Part shown: one piece after another, positions 38,309 through 47,366 of the stretch
Layout of the letters: each line of letters starts with the position of its first letter
Numbering within the stretch: the stretch's first letter is position 1
Source of the DNA: a virus
Direction: 5' to 3' (one strand)
IMG/VR virus record: IMGVR_UViG_3300048015_000072
Coordinates: 1-64,000 of that record
Length of the DNA stretch: 64,000 bases
The notes under the pieces: model-generated
Seen by the model: only the letters and a program-made list of their open reading frames with translations
What the model was told of the DNA's origin: nothing
Databases searched by the model: none
Position numbers and translations under genes: made by a program

Positions 38309-38617
38309 ATGTTATCAAAACAAAGGAAAACTATGAGCTACACAAGCCAGAGAGACAAAGCTTTATATCAATTCGAAAAAAAGCGTTTACATGAATGTGC
38401 ATTAGATAATTACGGAGATGAAAAAAGTTTTAAATTTGGTTACGACCACGGAGTTTTTGAAAGCGAGCTGGTTAAAAATATTTTAAGGGCACTTAGTGAA
38501 TACGCGGAATCCACATGCAACATTCAAAACGGAAGTGTATTCGTTAAGAGCAATGAAATAGCAAAGAAGGCTCTCGAAGCCTACGAGCAAGCCAAGAAAG
38601 AAGCGGTTGTGAAATGA
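38309..38617 (+). CDS. Hypothetical protein
   Basis: Operon context; IAKKALE motif. Confidence 0.5.
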   Translation: MLSKQRKTMSYTSQRDKALYQFEKKRLHECALDNYGDEKSFKFGYDHGVFESELVKNILRALSEYAESTCNIQNGSVFVKSNEIAKKALEAYEQAKKEAVVK

Positions 38618-39090
38618 AGTACTTATTTAACGGAATCGAAATTGATAGCAATTGTGGATCACCTAATCTTGGACTACTGCCCGGGGAAGAAATACTGGTA
38701 ACAGCCGGAGATGTAGTAAATGGTTTTTTTATTCCCGTAAACGGAACCTACAATGTTAAAAACGACGAATTCGTTCCTGAAATTGAATTTAAAATTGGGG
38801 ACGGTATCTACAAAGTTCCCAAAAGCCGATATTTGATCACCTCAAGCATGATGGATTCGGAAGGCAATGTAGTAAAAACTGAAAGGCTCGCCACAGAAGA
38901 AGAGTCTGATCAATTTGACAAAGGAACGCTCGAAGTTGACGTACCCAATCACATTCCTAATTCCCAAGAAATCGATGTTGCGATCAAAACCATAAACGCT
39001 TTGGCTCAGATTTCATCCATGCATGGTTTGCACACCCAGCCGGTGCCCGAACTGATAAAAGTCATTTCTTATTTGGAAAGTTTGAAATAA
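38614..39090 (+). CDS. Hypothetical protein
   Basis: ATGA coupling; 158 aa. Confidence 0.55.
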   Translation: MKYLFNGIEIDSNCGSPNLGLLPGEEILVTAGDVVNGFFIPVNGTYNVKNDEFVPEIEFKIGDGIYKVPKSRYLITSSMMDSEGNVVKTERLATEEESDQFDKGTLEVDVPNHIPNSQEIDVAIKTINALAQISSMHGLHTQPVPELIKVISYLESLK

Positions 39091-39242
39091 ACCTGAAAAA
39101 GCCATTAAACGCTCTAATACTCGATTCTTGAGGTTTTGGCCCAGATAGCCAGGTAACGCCAGGGGTGTGCTGTTTTACCCAATTCAAGCCCTAAAGTTAT
39201 TCAACCCATTTGCCGAATAATTAAGTAACTGGGGGATAAGAC

Positions 39243-39419
39243 ATGCAAATCAAAAAGCTCACTAAAGCTCAAGTTGAGGCCCGAAAACAGATTTTTGAAG
39301 CTATGGTCAAATCCAAAGGCTTAAAAGCCGCTCGAGCGTATTTCTTGAACCCAAAAAACCAGGAACTCATAAATACCTTTGCAGAATCATCGTTAATCCA
39401 AAGATTGACCTGCAAATAA
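39243..39419 (+). CDS. Small basic protein (58 aa, not in ORF track)
   Basis: MQIKKLTKAQVEARK...; GGGGGA RBS; downstream of TAAA-N16-GCCGAATA. Confidence 0.55.
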   Translation: MQIKKLTKAQVEARKQIFEAMVKSKGLKAARAYFLNPKNQELINTFAESSLIQRLTCK

Positions 39420-39440
39420 AATAACCAGGGGATAACTACC

Positions 39441-39623
39441 GTGGAACTAAAAGAAACCAAGGCTCAGCTAAAAATTTGGTATTACGACCAAGAAGTCACT
39501 GTTATCGGGGAAAGCCTTACAGAATATCTCGTGATATCCAACGACATGCAAGAACTCACTATCCCAAAGTATCCAGAATTGGAACGTGGGTTAAATAAAT
39601 ACTTCCAAAATTCGAAAACCTAG
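39441..39623 (+). CDS. Hypothetical protein
   Basis: AGGGG RBS; GTG start. Confidence 0.5.
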   Translation: MELKETKAQLKIWYYDQEVTVIGESLTEYLVISNDMQELTIPKYPELERGLNKYFQNSKT

Positions 39624-39637
39624 TTTAACCTGATCAG

Positions 39638-39791
39638 GTAAAGGCGGCGGGGGAAGCTATGGTGAGCAAGTGGGGAAACTCAAGATTAGCGCCATTAGAG
39701 ACACGCAGAGCGATTACTTACGGGTATCAAGATCTTTGAGTCCAAGTACCTAAACAGAACCCGATAGCCAGAGTCGCGTCTGGCCCTTTAC
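39638..39791 (+). ncRNA. Candidate tRNA-like structured ncRNA (about 154 nt)
   Basis: GTAAAGG/CCTTTAC closing stem stacked on a GCCAGA/TCTGGC hairpin; loop-loop complementarity; promoter TTCCAA-17-TAACCT ends 6 nt upstream. Confidence 0.65.
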
Positions 39792-39821
39792 GCTTTTAAA
39801 ATAACCAAAGGAGCAAACGAA

Positions 39822-40040
39822 ATGAAAATTTTGAAAGTATTTAAGGGATTTGGAAATCATTCTGTTTGCTATTCGACGATAAACGAAGATGAAAGCTATA
39901 ACCAAATCGATTGCCAAGCGATTGAAGAATTTTACGATGTTGGTGGTATTCTCAATGTTCAAATAACATTTGGAACTGAAGAAGACTCAAAAATTCGACT
40001 TGTAAGAATAATCAACCCAGACATTTTGGTATACGAATGA
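39822..40040 (+). CDS. Hypothetical protein
   Basis: AAGGAG RBS. Confidence 0.55.
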   Translation: MKILKVFKGFGNHSVCYSTINEDESYNQIDCQAIEEFYDVGGILNVQITFGTEEDSKIRLVRIINPDILVYE

Positions 40041-40553
40041 ATTCCAAAAAATTGCAAACTTTGGCAGAATATGTCTTTTATGACTACGAATCAGACGAAC
40101 TGAAAATCATGTTGGTATTCTCCAAAACTAACTTAAAGAAATTCACCAAACATTTTCCAATAATCAAATTGGGGAAATTTTAACTTCGAGCAATGAATTT
40201 TTCGAAATTCTAAAAAATGATTTCAAAAAAGGTAAATATTTAATTTTAATTAACTTTTCACAATTTAATTTCGGTGAATTGAGAATTGCGCTTGGAGAAA
40301 AGCCACGTTGAATGGAATGAAACGTGGCTGGGATTGAGCATTTGATATCAAGAATCGAGCATGTGAAATCAAATTTAAGCCACGCCAGGGTGGTATCTTT
40401 ACAAGGTAACGCCAAAGTCGAGTGCTGCGTATGCCGTACCTCAGCCTCTTTTGGATTTTCGTTACAGATCTTCTAAAAGTGGTTTTTAATTTTACCCCAA
40501 ATCGAATAGAATAAAGTAGAACGCCTGGAATCGATTCTAGGTATAATTGGCGT

Positions 40554-40718
40554 ATGGCAAAGCACAAACGAACCCCGAAACGCAAACCGAAAGTAGAAGA
40601 AGCGCCACAAGTTGAATCTAATCAACCTGTTCCAGCATCAATCGATACCGCGGAAGTAACCGTTGCGATTCCCCCAAAGCTATTTGGATTCTCCAGACCT
40701 CGCAGACGTACCAAATAG
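40554..40718 (+). CDS. Small basic protein (54 aa, leaderless, not in ORF track)
   Basis: TATAAT ends 6 nt before the ATG; MAKHKRTPKRKPK...RPRRRTK. Confidence 0.5.
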   Translation: MAKHKRTPKRKPKVEEAPQVESNQPVPASIDTAEVTVAIPPKLFGFSRPRRRTK

Positions 40719-40841
40719 GTTTCCAGAAAACTGATGATTATTGGACTTGGGATTCCTTACTTCGATTTTGCGGAATCATTGAATTTTTAGGTGGGTCAAT
40801 TAGAGGGGTTTTTTGGACAAAGCCTTTCAAAAGCGATTAGA

Positions 40842-41417
40842 CTATTCGATTCCCTTTAAAACTGCATAAACGCTCGACCTTGAAACTTTGAGTCTTTGGG
40901 CTATTGCCGGAGGGGTCATGCCTTTGGATCGAAGGAAGAGCACTTCTTGTGCGTCTACGGTCGATCTGCGTCCTAGCTTGATTCCCTTGGCCTTAGCGTT
41001 TCTCAACCCCGCATTTACTCGTTCTTTTATGATCGATGCTTCGAACTCTGCAAACGCTCCTATGATCTGAGTCATAAGCCGCCCGGTTGAAGTTGTGAGA
41101 TCTAAATTGTCTTTAAGAGATACGAACTCGATTCCAATTTCTTGAAAGTCCCTAAGGTTGATTATCAGGTCATTCAGACTTCTGGCGAACCTATCAAGCT
41201 TCCAAACTAGCAGGATGTCGAATTCTCTGGAACGGGCTGCTTTAAGCATCTCTTGGAATGCCGGTCGTTTTGTATTGGTTCCAGTTCGACCCTCGTCGTT
41301 GTATACCGCGGTAACTTCCCAACCCCGAAGCTGTGCCATAACCCGGAGTTCTTTGATCTGAAGCTCCGTAGATTGGTCTTTAGTTGAAACCCTTGCGTAT
41401 ATTGCAGCTCGTTTCAC
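40842..41417 (-). CDS. Small serine recombinase (resolvase/invertase) with C-terminal HTH
   Basis: YARVST catalytic motif, KLDRFARS, AEFE, GIKLGRR, HTH. Confidence 0.93.
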   Translation of the reverse strand: MKRAAIYARVSTKDQSTELQIKELRVMAQLRGWEVTAVYNDEGRTGTNTKRPAFQEMLKAARSREFDILLVWKLDRFARSLNDLIINLRDFQEIGIEFVSLKDNLDLTTSTGRLMTQIIGAFAEFEASIIKERVNAGLRNAKAKGIKLGRRSTVDAQEVLFLRSKGMTPPAIAQRLKVSRSSVYAVLKGIE

Positions 41418-41509
41418 TTGATCCCCATTTCTTTACTTTAAGTATCGGCGAAATCAAGGGGTTAATCAATACCCGGTATCACCTTGAGGCTTATTTAACT
41501 CAGTTACCC

Positions 41510-42016
41510 TCAAGCTCCGCGTTTGATCAGGTCTTGCAGTTCCGCCTCATGCTTGGCCTTTAGATCCCGAATCTTGGATAGCGTGGGTTCTGCAAGCTTC
41601 ATCAGATGGTTCGTGAGATACCCCTCAATGGCCTTGCGGTGTCCAAAGGTCTTCAACAGAAACTCCAATAAAACCCCGTCGTCCGGAATTCGAACATTAA
41701 AGGTCAATCCCTTGCCGGTCTTTACTGGAGTCGTCCCGCCGTTGGTTCGACTGCGACGTTTTGGAGTAACTTCTCGAACCTGAAGGATCGTGCTCAAGTA
41801 AGTCTGGCTGTATCGGATCTTAGTAGAGTTCGGAAGCTTAGTTGCAAATGCTGGATCGGATGAAGCCCGCTTTGGAAGATGTCCCCGCTTTTCCATTTTG
41901 CTTTTCCAAACCCTAAAAGTGTTTACTGTGGTTTGGAACTTTGAAGCTAAATCTTCGATTGAGTAAGGATACTTGCTTAAGTCCACGTACTGATTTGTGT
42001 TTTTCATGATTATCAC
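41510..42016 (-). CDS. HTH DNA-binding protein (MerR/excisionase-like N-terminus)
   Basis: YSIEDLASKFQTTVNTFRVW...RYS. Confidence 0.6.
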   Translation of the reverse strand: MIIMKNTNQYVDLSKYPYSIEDLASKFQTTVNTFRVWKSKMEKRGHLPKRASSDPAFATKLPNSTKIRYSQTYLSTILQVREVTPKRRSRTNGGTTPVKTGKGLTFNVRIPDDGVLLEFLLKTFGHRKAIEGYLTNHLMKLAEPTLSKIRDLKAKHEAELQDLIKRGA

Positions 42017-42212
42017 CCCTTTATGTAATTGTTATATAAGAGACTCGCCGCGTCAAGCGCTAACAGTTAAGTTATTCGGTATTTTCACTAGAGGGGACTA
42101 AACTCGCTAGGAGCGGGGTGGTACTGGCGGCGGGTTTGAAGGTGGGAACCGCTTTCCCACTCCTGGCGTTACATGGAATTCAAATCCGAGCGTACGGACC
42201 TAATGTTCAAAG

Positions 42213-42800
42213 TTACTCCGGCGTTGCCGCTTGTGGATTCTGAGCTTTGAGACTTAAATCGTATTTTTGAGACTTGAGCTGTGCCTGGCAGATCGCAAGA
42301 TCGTCCTGAAAACCATCCTGGCGTTTCATTAGCACTTGCTTGTATCCCAGGAATCGCTCGGTGCGGTCGTGCAGGTATTCTTCATTGACCCCAACAATCT
42401 GACCCTTCTCATCCAAGCCCATCTTAAGCTCGGGTTCCTTATCGGTTATACGGTCCATAGGCTCGTTCCAATGTACGTGTCCATCTCCTCCATTGGCTTG
42501 GTCTGCTACGTCCGTCCTACAGGCCTTTAAAACCCCGTAAAGCCCAAGTGACCCATACTTACGATTGCCGTAGACGTGGTCCTCAAGCTCGTAGACCTCA
42601 TACTGAAGTCTTCTGAGTTCCTCGTTCATTTGAGTCTTTCGTTGGACAACCATCATGTGGTCCTTTACGCCGATTGAGTCGTCTCCTGATATGGCTGCTT
42701 GATGCTCGAGCTTGGTATCGAGGCTCACTGCGCGGTTTGGATTGGATGCGCAAGCTGTGATTAATGCGCATATGGATGCCGCTACTAAAACCTTTGTCAC
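42213..42800 (-). CDS. Lipoprotein (host-like)
   Basis: Lipobox LITAC; recalled resemblance to Bdellovibrio hypothetical lipoproteins (unverified). Confidence 0.7.
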   Translation of the reverse strand: MTKVLVAASICALITACASNPNRAVSLDTKLEHQAAISGDDSIGVKDHMMVVQRKTQMNEELRRLQYEVYELEDHVYGNRKYGSLGLYGVLKACRTDVADQANGGDGHVHWNEPMDRITDKEPELKMGLDEKGQIVGVNEEYLHDRTERFLGYKQVLMKRQDGFQDDLAICQAQLKSQKYDLSLKAQNPQAATPE

Positions 42801-42871
42801 TACGTCCCCCTTGGTTTTCGTTTAGGTGGGACCATTATCTCTCGAAAGTTAAATAACCACAATGGGTTGGA

Positions 42872-43090
42872 TCATTCTAGGTCGTCTAATTCACCAGGAC
42901 GAAATACATCCCATTCGAGAACTTGTACCTTAACCCCGGCGGTGTTCTGTATGACTAGGGCGTTACCTAAAAGGACTACCCCTGGCGTGGACTCCGATTG
43001 GTTACGGTCTGTGGTTGAGACTACAGTCCACATCTCGCTTTGGCCCGTGTAGTTGAATTCGACTTGGTCTCCAGGTTTGATTGGGTTCAT
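42872..43090 (-). CDS. Small SH3-like hypothetical protein
   Basis: IKPGDQV; AAGGGG RBS. Confidence 0.5.
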   Translation of the reverse strand: MNPIKPGDQVEFNYTGQSEMWTVVSTTDRNQSESTPGVVLLGNALVIQNTAGVKVQVLEWDVFRPGELDDLE

Positions 43091-43269
43091 TTTTATTTCC
43101 CCTTTAAGGCAAATATCAATTTACTAATAGATTTTAATTGGATAGCAGGAGTCGTAGGCAAGTTTGAAGGTTCTTTAGGAAGTTCTTTCGCTTCCGTCCC
43201 TTTACCTATTTGTTTTCTAAATTTCATTTGTTCCTCTTTGCGAATCGTTGGTGTTTTTTGTTTACCATT

Positions 43270-43560
43270 TCACTTGGTTTCATCTTCTGCCTCCCACCCG
43301 CATCCGTATGGCACGACTTGATCAATCTGATGGTGCTTAATGTGGGTCTTTGGGGGCGGAAGCATTCCCGCGGTTTCTACTTGCTTCAAAATTTGGTTCG
43401 CCATAACCGCATGACCTGGGTAGTTTGGGGTAGTTAGATTGGCATTAAGTATTTTAGTGATAATTTCAAGCATCTCGCTTCGTTTCATCGTATTGACTCC
43501 CTCATTTGTTGGTATTCCGTTGATCTTGGTCCTTTTAGGATCACCCTGCACTTGAAGCAA
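43270..43560 (-). CDS. Hypothetical protein (likely start MKRSEM, internal)
   Basis: MKRSEM...GMLPP...WE motif. Confidence 0.5.
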   Translation of the reverse strand: MLQVQGDPKRTKINGIPTNEGVNTMKRSEMLEIITKILNANLTTPNYPGHAVMANQILKQVETAGMLPPPKTHIKHHQIDQVVPYGCGWEAEDETK

Positions 43561-43648
43561 ATTAACCCGCCAAGCTTAATAAATGGAACTCCTTCGGCTT
43601 TGCAATGTGGGCATTTGAGCTTCAGCTTTGGGGGACTTGGCTTGGACT

Positions 43649-43894
43649 TCATTTGATGCTCTCCCGGTAAGACTTCCAGATCATTTGCCGAACCCGCTCC
43701 CGCGTTACGTTATACTGCATGGCGATTCGCTCAATGGTTATGCCGTTAACGTATGCTTGTGACATGACACATCTGTCATAAAACCGATTCGTTCGGGGGT
43801 TGATCCTGTGTTCTACCTTGAAGTCCTTAGGCGGTAAATCAGGTCGTCCAAATAGCTTCCATATTGCGTGTCGTAGTTTCACTCGTAAGTCCAT
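43649..43894 (-). CDS. Sigma70 region-4-like HTH protein
   Basis: GITIERIAMQYNVTRERVRQMI. Confidence 0.7.
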   Translation of the reverse strand: MDLRVKLRHAIWKLFGRPDLPPKDFKVEHRINPRTNRFYDRCVMSQAYVNGITIERIAMQYNVTRERVRQMIWKSYRESIK

Positions 43895-44175
43895 AAAACC
43901 TTTTTGGTGAAATGGTGACGTATTTTGACTTCCCCTAAAACTACGATCACCTCGCCTTTGAGTTGTCCGGCTCTTGAGGATTGATTTCCGAACCTTCCCA
44001 CTACATGCTCGATTTCATCTAGGCTTAGCCCCGTGAGTTCTTGCGCTTGTTTTAGATTCGCTTCGTCTGAAAGGTAAAATTGAGTTTCGAGCATCTTACG
44101 CCGCTTTCTTTTGAACGTGGATCTCAACATATGACACTGCAAGGTGCGGATTCTCACAATCGCAAGGCGTTCCAA
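43879..44175 (-). CDS. Hypothetical protein (start likely internal)
   Basis: Operon context. Confidence 0.4.
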   Translation of the reverse strand: MERLAIVRIRTLQCHMLRSTFKRKRRKMLETQFYLSDEANLKQAQELTGLSLDEIEHVVGRFGNQSSRAGQLKGEVIVVLGEVKIRHHFTKKVLWTYE

Positions 44176-44347
44176 TCAAACCCACTGCGGTTCCTGATAT
44201 AAACGGAGTGTCCGCAATGGACGACTTCCCACAATCTTTGCAGTCGTATTTGAGTTGCTCGATTCCGGGGTACTTCTTGAGCCATTCCCCGGCGGTTACT
44301 TCTGGATACTTGATTTTAGCCATATCAGCTCCCATCTTAAAATCCAA
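44096..44347 (-). CDS. Zn-ribbon protein
   Basis: CKDCG...CDC. Confidence 0.55.
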   Translation of the reverse strand: MDFKMGADMAKIKYPEVTAGEWLKKYPGIEQLKYDCKDCGKSSIADTPFISGTAVGLIGTPCDCENPHLAVSYVEIHVQKKAA

Positions 44348-45428
44348 AGCTCAAGCCAACGGTCGCGTTAGGGGAAATGGAATTGCTTTCGAGCCCCGAT
44401 GCTTTCTTAGCTCCTACTTCGAAGTACCAACCAACGCCTTTGTAGTCCTTGCGGGAGTCCCATCCGATGCTAAGACCGTAGTAGCTTCCGGAAAATGATT
44501 CGGTAGTTGTGGTCGATGATGAGATCCCAAGTGCCCCGTAAGACACGTTGTAGGTCTTCCGGCTTCCGCTAATAGTACCAACTTCCGGTACTAAGTAGAT
44601 CCCCGCAACGCCCGTGTAAATGATCGGGGCAACTGAAAAGTCCACAAATGATGAAGCTCCGGGCTTTTGTTCCGATGTATTTGCCGGTCCACTTGTGGGA
44701 ACTTCAGACGCGGAGTGAATGATGCGGGAACCCAAGTCGTAACCAAATCCAACCCGACCTCGTAAACCAACGTAGTTACTCAATCGGTATTCATAGGAAG
44801 CGGATAATTCACCGTTTACTTCACCCGAGCGCGTAGCTTTGATTCCGTTGTAGCCTACGTCGAACTTGAGTGAATTGTGGTAGAGCAAGTTGGTGTACTT
44901 GTACTCCGAGTCTCTTACAGACTCCGGGCGTACTTCTTCTTTCAAGGTAAGCGCCTTTGCTTCAATTTCTTTTTGGGCTTGTTCATTCTTTACTTTCAGT
45001 TCAGCTAAGTCTTGGAGTCGTGATCGCTCCAAGTCCAAAGTTTTGAGGTGCATTTGTTGCTGTTCGATTTCTGATTCAACGGCCTGAATATCTACGATAC
45101 GATCTTTCTTGTCCGTATCCAGGACTTGAAACTCAACTGCGCGGTAGCAGGTGTACATCCCAGCCTTTTCTTCACATTCTGTTCTCAGGGGTCGAACGGC
45201 GACGTTCTTGTGTGGGCAAGTGTCAGATTGAGAACAGAGGTTATGGAACTCGTAGGATGCGGCGTCTAAGGCGGCAGCCCGTGCGTTTTGTTCGCTGCTT
45301 GATTTAGCGACTCCACAGGCGGTTACAGTCTTGCCTGTGACCTGAGATGAGTTGGTACGGCAAAGCCAATCGTCGGCTGCGGCGTTCATCGTTGCTAGGC
45401 TTAAAATTACCAATATTACTCGTACCAT
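44337..45428 (-). CDS. Secreted protein: Cys-rich N-domain, coiled coil, C-terminal outer-membrane beta-barrel
   Basis: Signal peptide; amphipathic beta strands; terminal VGLSFGF. Confidence 0.7.
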   Translation of the reverse strand: MVRVILVILSLATMNAAADDWLCRTNSSQVTGKTVTACGVAKSSSEQNARAAALDAASYEFHNLCSQSDTCPHKNVAVRPLRTECEEKAGMYTCYRAVEFQVLDTDKKDRIVDIQAVESEIEQQQMHLKTLDLERSRLQDLAELKVKNEQAQKEIEAKALTLKEEVRPESVRDSEYKYTNLLYHNSLKFDVGYNGIKATRSGEVNGELSASYEYRLSNYVGLRGRVGFGYDLGSRIIHSASEVPTSGPANTSEQKPGASSFVDFSVAPIIYTGVAGIYLVPEVGTISGSRKTYNVSYGALGISSSTTTTESFSGSYYGLSIGWDSRKDYKGVGWYFEVGAKKASGLESNSISPNATVGLSFGF

Positions 45429-45573
45429 TCTTAAATCCCCCCGTAGGCTAGTCTGCCTTACCCCTATCTCTTCGTCTAGGGTTAAATAGAACTTAATACC
45501 CTGGGTTAAATAAACTGGTTTTTCGGGATCTTTTTGAGAAATTCCAAAGGTTTAGAATCAAATCGAGATGATA

Positions 45574-46194
45574 TTAAAGCTCAAACGTAACAGGCGGGTG
45601 GGACACTTTGTAGTGCTCATTCAAAATACTGGCGTTGACGAACTTGATCCCATGGCGCTCGGTTTCTCCGTAGGCTTCATGGATGTGTCCGAAGCAATGG
45701 TATTTAGGTTGAGCGTTTACTGCCGCGAAATAAAGACTTTCTGATCCGCATCTGACCCCTTCGCAATTCCAATCTAAAACCCCATACGGCGGTCCATGAG
45801 TAATCAAGACATCTAAGTTATGGGGTATTTTTGAAAAGGTCTCTGCAAGTTGCTTTTCAGTCTGCATAAAAAACCAATTGAGGAAGATAGGAGTATTTGG
45901 GCTGCCGTAGAAATGCTTGCCTTCAATGCTAATGCCCTCGTTTTGAAGGTAGATTGCATTCGTCAAAACCTTACGAGCTTCCCCTGGCTTGGTTTGAAAT
46001 ATCCGATCGTGGTTTCCAGCAACGTAGATCTTATGTGGGTGAGTTTGCTCTCCAAACCATTCGTTGAGTTCTACGAGTTCTTCAAGGTCGCCGTATTTAA
46101 GCCCATCCCCACAATGGATTAGTACGTCGCCTTCGGGGATCATGCCTATTTGATCATGACGACCGTGCGTATCTGAGATTACAACTACTTTCAC
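45574..46194 (-). CDS. Metallophosphoesterase (MPPED/239FB-like)
   Basis: ISDTH, HCGD, AGNHD, THGPP, FGHIHE. Confidence 0.9.
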   Translation of the reverse strand: MKVVVISDTHGRHDQIGMIPEGDVLIHCGDGLKYGDLEELVELNEWFGEQTHPHKIYVAGNHDRIFQTKPGEARKVLTNAIYLQNEGISIEGKHFYGSPNTPIFLNWFFMQTEKQLAETFSKIPHNLDVLITHGPPYGVLDWNCEGVRCGSESLYFAAVNAQPKYHCFGHIHEAYGETERHGIKFVNASILNEHYKVSHPPVTFEL

Positions 46195-46892
46195 TCTTCA
46201 ACCGATTCTGCAAGATTAGTCATCGTTACGCCAGCTTCTTCGGCAATATCAAATACGCTTTTTTTGAATTTGGTGTTGTCCTCGGGGTTTCCATAAAAGC
46301 TTAATTCCCAAAATACGGCGTAAATGATCTCGCCCAAGGTATATCGAACACCGTTATCTAAAGTAAATAGCTCTTTTCCCCAATCATTGCTTTCGTGATC
46401 GTCGTTGTAGATTAACAGAGATTTTTTAAGCTTAAGGGAAAGTTTTGCAAGCTCATTTGCGGGAGTGAACGTAATTGCGTATTGAATTCTTTCACCCGCT
46501 TTGCCGCTTTGAGTGTCCTTCGTCAATACCGGGCCAATGCCATGAAACTCTGGATTTTCCATTCCGTGTATTGCATCGGGTTGAACCATAAAGGTTTTGT
46601 AAAGTTCTAAAAACTCAATTTTATCGTCTTCTGTTTCTTCTTTGGGATTTAGCAATGGACTTAAACCAACCTCGAGATATTCTTTTAACCAATTGCCCAC
46701 AAGTAGGTCCCAAAACTCATCATCACGCTGTACTAACAAAAACAAATCGCCCAAAGTCACGTCATCCGCTAATTGAACGGCATCAAAACTTCTCCGAACT
46801 GCACTATCGGTTACATCCCGGTCAACGTAGGTCCCGTCTTTCCATTCGTGGAGTATTAAATGTCCGCCCTTGGTTAACGTCAGCGTTTCCAT
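46191..46892 (-). CDS. Conserved hypothetical phage protein
   Basis: VTLGDLF, YTLGEIIYAVFWELSFYGNP motifs. Confidence 0.6.
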   Translation of the reverse strand: METLTLTKGGHLILHEWKDGTYVDRDVTDSAVRRSFDAVQLADDVTLGDLFLLVQRDDEFWDLLVGNWLKEYLEVGLSPLLNPKEETEDDKIEFLELYKTFMVQPDAIHGMENPEFHGIGPVLTKDTQSGKAGERIQYAITFTPANELAKLSLKLKKSLLIYNDDHESNDWGKELFTLDNGVRYTLGEIIYAVFWELSFYGNPEDNTKFKKSVFDIAEEAGVTMTNLAESVEE

Positions 46893-47296
46893 TAAGAGCC
46901 TTTGACGACGTTTGAGTCTTTGAGAGTTTGCAATTCAATATATAGATTTCTTTTAAGGGCGGCCTCTGGGGTAAATCCTTGAGGGTAGCGTTTTTGAAGT
47001 TTTTTGATATTCATTTCCATGATCTCTTCAAACGAAGAATCAAGTTCGTTGATCAAAAGCGACACGTACCAAAGGACATCGCCCAGTTCTTCTTTCATGT
47101 TTAAAAGGTCAAGTTCTTTACCGTACATGATGTGTTTTTTAAGGGCGTCTTGAAGTTCCCCGGTCTCAGTGCATAGTCCAATAGCCCCGTGGAGGAGGCG
47201 GGAGATCCGCTTGTTTGCAATACGGTCGATCATGGATTTGTAATCGTCTTTGAGGTCCGTATTGAGCGTGAGTTTTTGATATTCTTTCGCGTTCAT
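46892..47296 (-). CDS. MazG-like NTP pyrophosphohydrolase
   Basis: GLCTETGE...KK...EELGDVLWY...NIKKLQKRYP. Confidence 0.9.
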   Translation of the reverse strand: MNAKEYQKLTLNTDLKDDYKSMIDRIANKRISRLLHGAIGLCTETGELQDALKKHIMYGKELDLLNMKEELGDVLWYVSLLINELDSSFEEIMEMNIKKLQKRYPQGFTPEAALKRNLYIELQTLKDSNVVKGS

Positions 47297-47325
47297 TAAA
47301 GCCGCCTCCAGGAATAATTTGGAAT

Positions 47326-47366
47326 TGTCCCAATTAGAATGAGATGTCCCAATTATGTCCTAATTT
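47326..47366. repeat. Three direct repeats TGTCC(C/T)AATT
   Basis: 47326-47336, 47345-47355, 47356-47366; overlapping leftward promoter TTGCCT-17-CATAAT. Confidence 0.7.

Noticed and set aside
39152-39164. GGTAACGCCAGGG matches lacZ/M13 primer-region sequence (vector contamination)
   Set aside because: Only 13 nt, flanks diverge, and related motifs recur natively at 40404 and 42162
42119-42200. Minus-strand TTCAAACCCGCCGCCAGTACCA looks like a tRNA 3' end
   Set aside because: No T-stem pairing or matching acceptor 5' strand; it reads equally well as a Pro-rich gene remnant
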